60,000 bases of DNA from Malacoraja senta (Eukaryota): positions 11,968,001-12,028,000 of the forward strand of contig CM075990.1 in NCBI GenBank assembly GCA_038087875.1. The letters run 5' to 3'. Below are positions 50,179 to 60,000 of the stretch, piece after piece (the stretch's first letter is position 1; every line of letters starts with the position of its first letter). The notes beneath the pieces are model-generated. The model made no database searches and was not told the DNA's origin. It worked only from the letters and a program-made list of their open reading frames with translations. The position numbers were made by a program, and so were the translations under genes.

Positions 50179-51978
50179 AATCTGATCTGGGGGAACGAAT
50201 TAAGAGAACAACAGATTAGAATTTCTGGTTGATAATCCAGGAAAGGCTTGGATAGGGAGTTGCCTGGGTGAAAGGCACACTTTAAACAATGGGAATTATG
50301 TAGCATGAATAATATGTATTTTGTAAGTATAGAGAAAGCTGTCGAGACTTTTAGTGGAAGATATTTAATGGTATAGGCGCTGGAGGGCAGATACTTGTCT
50401 CATTAAGGATAGATGTTTAAAAAGGCAAATACAAGCTGAAAGATGGCACATTGAAAGAATATTAAATTTGATTTGGTAGGATGTGTTGGGATGTGTTTGG
50501 AATATTTTTTTGAGTAGATTATTATAAAAACAGTGAATGTTGGTTTTTTGGGGTATTTGCAGTTGAGGGAATTAACTTATAAAAATAATCTTGAGAATTT
50601 GAAACCGAGATTAAAGCCAAATAACGAAGGTCTCTGTGTTCTTCCAGCACCTGATAGGATGAGAGGGCAAAGGATAATTGTCAAGAATTAAAAAGAAAAG
50701 GAATTTATTTTTTGTGTAAGATGTGTGGAATGTGGAATTCCAAAAAAAATTGAGATTATATCTTCCAGGCAAACTTGGAAATGTGATTGGACCCTATCTT
50801 TGGCTCCAGTCTGTCACTTCCCATCTCATAATAACTCAGCTGGAAATGATGCATCTTATTCATTCTGTTTTCTGGCTATTTTTTCCTTTATCAGTATTCC
50901 GCCTGCCTTTATTTTAATTTTAAGTGATGCGTTTGAGCAATTTCTTGACCCAGCGAGATCATCTATGCAAGGCAAGAGATAGTTGCAAGACTGAAGAAGG
51001 GTCTCGAGCCAAAACGTCACCCATTCCTTCTCTCCAGAGATGCTGCTCAGAGACACTGAGTTACTCCAGCTTTTTGTGCCAAAGAGCTTGCTCAAGTCTG
51101 AAGAAGGGTTTCGGCCCGAAACATTGCCTATTTCCTTCGCTCCATAGATGCTGCTGCACCCGCTGAGTTTCTCCAGCATTTTTGTGTACCTGCTCAATAC
51201 CACTCTTGCTTCCAATCTGATGGTAGTGGAATGGCAACCCATTCAGGAGACCTGAACACCGCGCTTGAGGTGGTTGTAGCAGGAATACAGAAATGCGAAG
51301 GAAACACTCACCAGCACCGACGGGAAAATAGATGGTTGTTGTGGAGGGAGGAACTGTTGATGCGGGTTTAAACTGAAGATAGACACAAGCTGGAGTAACT
51401 CAACGAGTCAGACGGCATCCTTGGAGAAATGGAATAGGTGATGTTTTGGGTTGAGACCCTAATTCAGACTGAGAGTCAGGGGAAAGGGAAACTAAAGATT
51501 TGGATGTTGATGTCGAGAGATGTACAGTAGAACAAATGATATGACAGATATGCAAAAAATCAACAATGATAAAGGAAACAGGCCATTGTTAGCTGTGGGC
51601 TAGGTGAAAATGAGTAGCACATTGCAAGAAATAGTTCTTGTTTTGAGTTTGCATATTGTTGATGTGTGGTACCTTGCAAGCTGGAGGAACAAGAATTCAA
51701 CCTTGGAACGTTGTAGTTTGAGGACTAAGTATTGACTTCTCAACTTTGGGTAACTTGTTCTGTCCATCTACATCAGAGCTGGCCATTTCTACCCATCTTT
51801 GTTTGGGGCTATTTTTTCCCCTCCCTCTCTCTCTCTCTTACTATTGCCTGGTCTACTGGGCATGTCCTGACACTACGCTGTTTGCTGAAAGAGTTTAGTC
51901 TCACTGTAGCTACCTGGCTACATAATTCTACCCGCATAGAATCACGTGGCGCAGGAAGAAACCGGAGATGGTGGTTTA

Positions 51979-52202
51979 TGGGCCTGTCCCATTTGGGCGT
52001 CATTTGTGTGTCATTTACGCGACATCATTTAGGCGTCACGACGCATGATGCGCGCGTCGTAGTGCGCATTCCGCGCGCATGGTGCGTGGTGACGTAGGCA
52101 GTGACGTGCGGTTGCGCGCGGCGCCCCAGGATTTTGGGATGTACAAAATCACCGCGCGCCATCTGCGTGACGCGCAAAAGACACCCAAGTGGGACAGGCC
52201 CT
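51979..52202. mobile_element. CpG-rich MITE, Harbinger-like
   Basis: TTA-TGGGCCTGTCCCATTTGGG...CCCAAGTGGGACAGGCCCT-TTA. Confidence 0.8.
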
Positions 52203-53060
52203 TTACACAAGTAGTTAGTTTACAGATAGACTCAAAATGGCGGATTAAATCAGCGGGTCAGGCAGCATCTCTGGAGAAAAGGAATAGGTATGTATTCCTT
52301 TATGATATACAATAAAAATGTATTTATTTTCTCTAGAGATGCTGCCTGACCCACTGAGTTACCCCTGCAATTTGTGTCTTCATTCAATGAGCCTCTCCCT
52401 ACCTGAGACATTTCCTTTGTACTACCTGTCCCACCCCATCTTCTCTGTGACTGAAATTAACGTTTTTTTCTCTCCCTTTCCCATTTCTGATGAAAGATCT
52501 CGGACCTAAAATGTTAACTCAGTTTCTCTTTGCATCTATGCTACCTGAACTGCTGAATTTTTCCAGCATTTTCAGTTTTTTTTTTAAATTTCAGATTACC
52601 AGCATCTGCATTAAAAAATTTTTTTTTTTTTTTTTTAAATCAATTTACGATCAGAGTGCTGTCATGTTATAGAGATACAAGATGAAGCAATAAACTGAGC
52701 CATTGGGTCCTCTGTGGGTGAGCACGCAAGAATATCATTGCACTGATTCAAAGACATCCCCATATCAGAGCCAATCATTCATCTTTCAATTGACACTATC
52801 AAGAGATCTGCCCGATAAATCGTCTCTCGTTTGAAGGGTGGATGAATGACTGAATGGTAAAGTTGATGGGAGATTGCTGTGTCTCCTATCCTGCAGCAAT
52901 GATTACACTTGAGAAATATATTTTGCCTGTCTCATGTTCAGAGACTGAGCTGTAGTGAATAACACAAGGGTTCTTTTATATCCAGACGAGATTGCTTCCA
53001 TGTGAAAGCGAGAGTGAATGAGGAGATGATTCATGCAAGATAGTAAACATTTACTGGGTC

Positions 53061-54101
53061 TAGCAATGTTACAAAATTTTGAGATTTAAAAAATAAAGTC
53101 TGCAATTTATCCCATCAGATAAAGCATAAAAAGAAGTTTAATTTGACACTTAATTCACTTTCATATCTTCAGTATTAAAAAAGTTATGGCCATTATCATA
53201 CTCAGAAATTAGCATCTAGTTCCCTATTGCTTTTCCATTGACTTAACACAAAAGCTGTGATCGAGGACAGTTAAAAGCCCATAACTTTCTTAAAAATTAT
53301 GGTAACTGAAAGAAATTTTCAGGTATTATAGATTGAAGCATTCTGAAACAAATATGAAACAATCTTACTTCGAAGACATGAAAGTAAAGCATATAATTAG
53401 TTAGTTACCTAATTGTAGCTAATTACAAAATTCAATTACTAGATCTAAACATCTATCAATTTCTTAAGAATAGATTAACATTTTTAAATAGCCTAAGTGT
53501 CCAAATAACATTCACACAATAATTCACAATATAACATAATTTTTAAATCTAATTTTCATGAATTTACAGGCCAAATGGAAGGAATTGAATGTTTAATACC
53601 TGTAAATTAATGGGCATTTAATTCATCTTGCGAGTGAGAATTTCTGGAACGCGATCTTTTGGAACGTTCATTTGCGGTGAATTTAACCCCGTATTGGCAT
53701 GAAAAATACTGCCGTTAATTCGGGGAATAAAATCACCGTGTCGCATGACAAAATGTGAATTAAAGGCTTCTTAAGAAGCACTTTTATACATTTAAAGAAA
53801 GCACTTTCGTTTACCTGTCCATTGTGTGAAATCCGTCCCCGTTATCGGCGTTGACGCTTCAGGAGCTGCTTTTAAAATGACTGTAGCGCTGACATTGACG
53901 ATTTAATAAAAATAAAAAATTCACAAATCGCCGGTAGGAACGATTTTGTCAGCGAAGTTTTGTACTCCAACAAAATATTTCCAGGACAAGGGAGGAGAAA
54001 CCGCGTTTTAACCCCGCCCCCCCCTTAAAGGCGCCAAAATCGCGCACACGGCCAGTGGCAGAATTACAGCGCGACTGAAGGTAAGTTTTGTAACATACCT
54101 A
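53061..54101 (-). mobile_element. Non-autonomous TAG...CTA DNA transposon with a 7-bp TSD (hATw-like), internally deleted relative to 28233-29779
   Basis: TIR TAGCAATGTTACAAAA / TTTTGTAACATACCTA; TSD CTGGGTC at 53054-53060 and 54102-54108. Confidence 0.82.
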
Positions 54102-54300
54102 CTGGGTCCATGGTCTGTAGTACATAAATTTTATGAAGAACAGATTAAATACTTAGTTGGGGTTGTCTTTAATGTGGTACACAATGCTTTTGTACCATTT
54201 GTAATTAATTTGTCTTGGAGAATATGTATTAAATGACATTAGTGTTTGGCCATAAAGCCATAATTGATTTTTAGGCTTCAAGTGGCTACATATTGACTTA

Positions 54301-54578
54301 GGGCAGCACGGTGGCGCAGCGTTAGAGTTGCTGCCTTACAGTGCCAGAGACCCGGGATCGATCCTGACTACGGGTGCTGTCTGTGTGGAGTTTGAGGGAC
54401 CTGCGTGGGTTTTCTCCGGGATCTCCAGTTTCCTCCCACATTCCAAAGACATACAGGTGGGCTAATTGGCTTGGTGAATTGTCCCCAGTGTGTGTAGGAT
54501 AGTGTGAGTGTGTGGGAATCACTGGTCGGTGGACCGAAGGGACTGTTATCTTGCTGTATCTCTAAACTAAACTAAACT
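54301..54578 (+). mobile_element. HE1-type V-SINE
   Basis: GGGCAGCACGGTGGCGCAGC head through (TAAAC)n tail. Confidence 0.85.
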
Positions 54579-54717
54579 TGATGTTCGATGGAATCTTTTG
54601 TTAATCAGCAATGTACAAATATTTCTGGAAAGAGTTGCGAATCCCTGGCACTGATCTCTGGGCTAGTGCAGTAGATGCATTTCCAGATTGTCCACATGGC
54701 CACATTACCAAGTCTTT

Positions 54718-55008
54718 TCGTTTAGTTTAGAGATACAGCGCGGAAACGGGCTCTTCGGCCCTCCGAGTCTGCATCGACCGGCGATCTCCGCACATTAACA
54801 ACAACCCTACATGTACTAGGGACAATTTACATTTATAGAAAGCCAATTAACCTCCAAACCTGTACGTCTTTGGAGCGTGGGAGGAAACTGAAGATCTCGG
54901 AGAAAACCCACGCGGTACAAACTCCGTACAGACAGCACCCGTAGTCGGGATCGAACCCGGGTCTCTGGCGCTGCAAGCGCAGTAAGGCAGCAACTCTACC
55001 GCTGCGCA
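54718..55008 (-). mobile_element. HE1-type V-SINE (inverted partner of 54301-54578)
   Basis: Reverse-complement copy. Confidence 0.85.
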
Positions 55009-55817
55009 TCTCCAATTATTAGAAAGATAAAACATCGTCTTGTGTTTCATTGGCCCCTAATGAAAGGGCATCAGTGAGTTTTCCTGAACCATGTTGTGGT
55101 CTGTATGTTTGATCATGCTCCTATATCCACTGTCTCCATGGTTACCTGTGTCTCCACGATAACTAATGATCAGATCTGTACTCCAGAAGATGCAATGATA
55201 TAAGGTCATAAGTGATGGGACCAGAATTGGGCCATTTAGCCCATCAAGTCTACTCTGCCATTCATTAAAGGCTGATCTATCTCTCCCTCCTAACCCCATA
55301 CTCCTGCCCTCTCCCCATAATCCCTGACACCCGTACTAATCAAGAATCTACCTCTGCCGTAAAAATTTGTGAGTCTCAAGCTGGTAAATATGCCATGTTG
55401 GCCTTGATTGTAGGACTGGTGGCTCGGACTTGGCAGCATCACTGCACATCACATTTATGCTGACAGATTTCTGAAACCTCGGTTAATAGAGTGTGCAAGA
55501 CGCGAGATAATGAAGCTTTTACTGTATTGCATTCCAATATGTTGGTCACTGCCGCAGGATATGCTACCCAGTTTTGCTCTCACTACATGCCTTGGCAAAT
55601 TAGGTGTAAAAGGTGTCTCGTTTCAAACCCGATTCTATCAGCGCATTGGAAGGTTTGTTGATTTTATCTTAATCTTGGGTTTAAAGAGATCGATTATGAG
55701 GACGTGTTTTGAGCTCTTGAAGTTGGGTAAAAGCTATCGGCACAGATGCTGGGCATGAGCACAGGTGTGGGCACTGGTGTTGTCGATGCCATGTTACTCA
55801 TGCTTATACAGTCCATC

Positions 55818-56548
55818 AAGACAATAGACAATAGTGCAGGAGTAGGCTGTTCGGCCCTTCGAGCCAGCACCGCCATTCAATGTGACCATGGCTGATCGTC
55901 CCCAATCAGTACCCCGTTCCTGCCTTCTCCCATATCCCCTGACTCCGCTATCTTTAAGAGGCCTATCTAGCTCTCTCTTGAAAGCATCCAGAGAACCGGC
56001 CTCCACCGCCCTCTGAGGCAGAGAATTCCACAGACTCACAACTCTCTGTGAGAAAAAGTGTTTCCTCATCTCCGTTCTAAATGGCTTACCCCTTATTCTT
56101 AAACTGTGGCCCCTGGTTCTGGACTCCCCCAACATCGGGAACATGTTTCCTGCCTCTAGCGTGTCCAAGCCCTTAACAAATCTTATGTTTCAATGAGATG
56201 CCCTCTCATCCTTCTAAACTCGAGAGTCTGCAAGCCCAGCTGCTCCATTCTCTCAGCATATGACAGTCCCGCCATCCCGGGAATTAACCATGTAAACCTA
56301 CGCTGCACTCCCTCAATAGCAAGAATGTCCTTCCTCAAATTAGGGGACCAAAACTGCACACAATACTCCAGGTGTGGTATCATTAGGGATCTGTACAACT
56401 GCAGAAGGATCTCTTTGCTCCTATACACGATTCTTCTTGTTAAAGGCCAACATGCCATTGGCTTTCTTCACTGCCTGCTGTACCTGCTGCACCTGCTGCA
56501 CCTGCTGCACCTGCTGTACCTGCTGCTTACTTTCATAGACTGATGAAT
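55818..56548 (-). mobile_element. CR1 LINE 3' end with an internal (CACCTGCTG)n expansion at 56471-56527
   Basis: IPHLEYCVQFWSPNLRKD and FFSQRVVSLWNSLP, frameshifted. Confidence 0.9.
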
Positions 56549-56719
56549 GTAAAATGTAAATCATTTTTAAATCTGCCTTTTCTTCACCTTTTCTATAAAC
56601 CCATTTGATCCCTGGAATGATTTCAACGCTGTTTCGATTTCCTTGCTATTGATAGTCAAGTTCAAGTTCACGTGTATTGCCAAATGCACCAATTGAGGTA
56701 CAGTGGAAATTCATTTACC

Positions 56720-57215
56720 ATGCAGTGTGGAAACAGGCCCTTTGGCCCAACTTGCCCACACCGGCCAACATGTCCCATCCACACCAGCCAACATGTCCCA
56801 CCTTCCCGCGTTTAGCCCATATCCCTCCAAACCAATCCTATCCATGTACCTGTCTAACTGTTTCTTAAATGTTGGGATAACTATCTCAACTTGCCTCAAC
56901 TATCTCCTCTGGCAGCTTGTTCCATACACCCACCATTTATTATCTGTGTGAAAAAGTTACCCCTCAGATTCCTATTAAATCTTTTCCTCTGCACATAAAC
57001 CTGTTTCCTCTGATCCTTGATTCCCCTACTCTGGGCAAGGGACTCTTTGCATCTACCCGATCTATGCCTCTCGTGATTTTATGCACCACTATAAGATAAC
57101 CCCTCATCCTCCTGTGCCCCAATGAGTAGAGACCCAGCCTACTCTACCTCTCCCTAGACCTCAGACCCTCGAGTCCTGGCAACATCAAGTTAATCTTTTC
57201 TGTACCCTTTCTGTA
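56720..57215 (-). mobile_element. CR1/HER1 LINE 3' end sharing the V-SINE tail
   Basis: FKKQLDRYMDRIGLEGYG; tail GGGCCAAAGGGCCTGTTTCCAC. Confidence 0.8.
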
Positions 57216-57429
57216 TTGCTCGAAGCCTGGGTATCGCTGACAGTGCAGCTCTTGTACATCCCCCATTGTCCTTGGGAGGGAGGATGTACGCTACCACCAC
57301 ATGCAGTCCACCTGGCGCAGGCATTCCCTAGGCACCTCCTATAGTCATACCATGTGGACAGTGGAGGAGACAAAGTTGTAAATTACGGAGGGAGCGGTCT
57401 TTGCGGAAAGCAGACGGGGGGGGGGGGGG

Positions 57430-57548
57430 AGATGGGAAGATGTGGCGAGTGGTGGGGTCACATTGGAGGTGGCGAAAATGACGGAGGACTATTTGTTGTA
57501 TGTGACGGCTAGTGGGGTGAAAGGTGAGGACTAGGGGGACTCTGCCCT
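57430..57548 (-). mobile_element. Penelope ORF fragment (RT-endonuclease linker)
   Basis: Translates RVPLVLTFHPTSRHIQQIVLRHFRHLQCDPTTRHIFP; abuts an inverted terminal repeat. Confidence 0.65.
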
Positions 57549-57920
57549 AGGGGGACTCTGCCCGAAACGTTGCCTATTTCCTTCGCTCCATAGATGCTGC
57601 TGCACCAGCTGAGTTTCTCCAGCACTTTTGTCTACCTTGGACAGTGGAGGAACTGTGACATACCAGCAGGTCTGGATGGTGAGCTGCTTGAAAGGGAATC
57701 TAAAGGAGCTGGCTCTCCTTACTTACCATTCTCAATGGCAGGGGTTACCAGTAGCTACCGAGCAGCCTCGGTGAGGTACTACAGTGTTTATTACAAATTC
57801 ATTATAGATACGGTGCACTCTGTAGCTGCTGTAGAGGTGGTGGAAGCCATGCATGTTTATGGTAGTAAATTGGGTGCTAATCGGGTAGACTTTATCCTGA
57901 TGGTCTGCAACTTCCTGAGT

Positions 57921-58228
57921 GTTTAGTTTAGAGATACAGCACAGAAGCAGGCCCTTCGGCCCACCGAGTCTGCGCTGACCAGCCATCCCCGCCCACTAAC
58001 ACTATCCTACACACACGAGGGACAATTTACAATTTTACCAAGCCAATTAGCCTGCAAATCTGCACATCTTTGGAGTGTGGGAGAAAACCGGAGCACCTGG
58101 AGAAAACTCTCGCAGGTCACGGGGAAAACGTACAAACTACATACAGACAGCAAACCCATCGTCAGGATCGAACCCGGGTGTCTGGCGCTGTAAGGCAGCA
58201 ACTCTACCGCTGCGCCACCGTGCTGCCC
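57921..58228 (-). mobile_element. HE1-type V-SINE
   Basis: Full reverse-complement copy. Confidence 0.87.
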
Positions 58229-58290
58229 TGTGGTGATGTTGGAATTGAACTCCTCCAAATTCCTAAGGTCATGTGATGGGAGCAGCATAA

Positions 58291-58506
58291 AGGGTCTGTC
58301 CCACTTTCACGACCTAATTCACGACCTCTGCCGAGTTTGCCCTTGACATACTCGCAGATTGGTCGTCACGAGGTCGTAGGTAGGTCGTGATGCCAGTCGT
58401 AGGTACTCGTGGCATCAAGTAGGTCGGGGCGTTTTTTCAACATGATGAAAAATGTCCACGAGTAAAAAAAGGTCGTGAATTAGGTCGTGAAAGTGGGACA
58501 GGCCCT
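58291..58506. mobile_element. MITE, Harbinger-like, inserted in a CR1 tail
   Basis: TIR AGGGTCTGTCCCACTTTCACGACCTAATTCACGACCT / AGGTCGTGAATTAGGTCGTGAAAGTGGGACAGGCCCT; TAA/TTA flanks. Confidence 0.82.
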
Positions 58507-59004
58507 TTAGGCCATCAAGCCACGTGATGGGGAGGTTCTGAAGTGTAAGGAGTGGGCCCTTTGCTACCGGAAATCTAGCTCCTGATGAGTCCTTCTCGTT
58601 ACAGTATTTACGTGAATGGACCAGTTAAGGAGTTTTCCTGAAGTATTTGACTCCTTCAGGCAAAACTAATGCTTTAAAAAAAAAATTAAAAAAAGATTTC
58701 CCTGACTGCTTTGGTTACATTTTCTTTTCCTGAGGTTTATTTCACTAATCCATTTAGCATCATTTTTATACTTGTGTTTGATGTGTTATCCATTTGTCAG
58801 AAACCTCCTCCAGCTCTACAGTGCATCTGCTGGATCTAAGCACTTCTTAATCTAATCGGTCACCCTCTACTATCCCGAGCTTTGTTTCTTGGGATCTCTC
58901 ACATATCTTGCCACCCTCTGGAAAATGCTCCATCAAATAAGCTTCTCACCTGCGTGGATACTGCAGTAAGACGAAGGTTGAGATAGCTGTACATCACAAC
59001 CTTG

Positions 59005-59617
59005 TGTGTAGGAAGGAACTGCAGATGCTGGTTTAAACCAAAGATAGACGCAAAATGCTGGAGTAACTCGGCAGGACAGGCAGCATCTCTGGACAGAAGG
59101 AATGGATGACGTTTCAGGTCGAGACCCTTCTTCAGACTGATTTTCAGGGGAGAGGGAGATACATAGATAAGGACATTTAAGGTGTGAAAGCAGGACAAAG
59201 GGAATGGAGATCAATGAAAATGTAGAATAGATCATTGTTTGCTGGGAGAAGGTAACAAAGCAAACATAACATGTAGTCGGTGACTGGTCGGAGAACTGAG
59301 AAGGGGAAGGGATGTTGAGAGAGGGAAAGCAAGGGTTACTTGAAATTGGAGAAGTCAATGTTCATACTGCTGGGGTGTCAGCTACCCAAGCGAAATATGA
59401 GGTGCTCTTCCTCCAATTTGCGCTGGGCCTCACTCTGGCCATGGAGGAGGCCCAGGACAGAAAGGTCAGATTGGGAATGGGAGGGGAGGTTAAAACGTTG
59501 AGCAACCGGAAGATCAGGTAGGTTTAGGTGGACTGAGTGGAGTGGCTCAGCGAAACGATCGCCGAGCCTGCGCTTGGTCTCGCCGATGTACAGGAGTCCA
59601 CAGCTGGAACAGCGGAT
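59005..59617 (-). mobile_element. Penelope-like element 3' end: GIY-YIG endonuclease remnant, 3' region and hammerhead-containing terminal repeat
   Basis: IRCSSCGLLYIGETKRRLGDRFAE...RKLEEEHLIFRLG; hammerhead core at ~59106-59138. Confidence 0.88.
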
Positions 59618-60000
59618 ATTTAGGCATTTATTGACGCACACCTATGTTCCTGATGGGTGTTCCTTGATGTATACATCAGGGTTTTTGATAGTCATCCTTA
59701 CTGAAAATGAAATCAAGGATTAAATAGCACATAGTTTTACTAGTATTAGTGTTATTGCATTGGTATATGAATGTTTTGAGAACGTATTGTTATTGATGAT
59801 AAGAAATTAGAAAGTGCGCACAATTTCAAGGGTTAAAATCTATATAAAAGGTTGACCGTTCTGAGTGGAGTCTTAGAGTGGGAATAGGCTGCTCTTCCTA
59901 AGTAAATAAAGTGTGTTTGGAAAATGAATGCAGAGTCCAGTTTGATTGGTGACGACACTTGTTCCAACATCGGTCGAGAATCCATGTTGGTTTTAACGTG

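Noticed and set aside
52485..52520. CTGATGA-containing hammerhead-like motif
   Set aside because: Stem II and GAAA are degenerate; a decayed Penelope relic.
48139..60000. Next CDH23 exon (expected DxD...LDRE motifs)
   Set aside because: Not found by eye; probably beyond the window.

Overview
Eukaryotic, repeat-rich genomic DNA from a cartilaginous fish, most likely a skate or ray (HE1-type V-SINEs, HER1/CR1 LINE ends, elasmobranch-type Penelope remnants). The only host gene I can support is the 5' end of a + strand cadherin-23 (CDH23)-type gene. It has a CpG-rich CCAAT/TGATTGACAG promoter with a probable non-coding exon 1 (~18.1-18.5 kb), a signal-peptide exon (43984-44069) and an 81-nt exon for the start of EC1 (48058-48138). 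The next exon is not in the window. The rest is intergenic or intronic and filled with transposons: CR1 and Rex1 LINE ends, V-SINEs, a full-length degenerate Tc1, two TAG...CTA DNA elements with 7-bp TSDs, Harbinger-like MITEs and minisatellites. The most striking hidden signal is retroposon-borne catalytic RNA. Two unrelated short Vingi/Ingi-like retroposons each begin exactly at G1 of an HDV-like ribozyme fold, and many Penelope-derived units carry a minimal hammerhead core with covarying stem II. Family names and orthology come from recalled sequences, not database searches.
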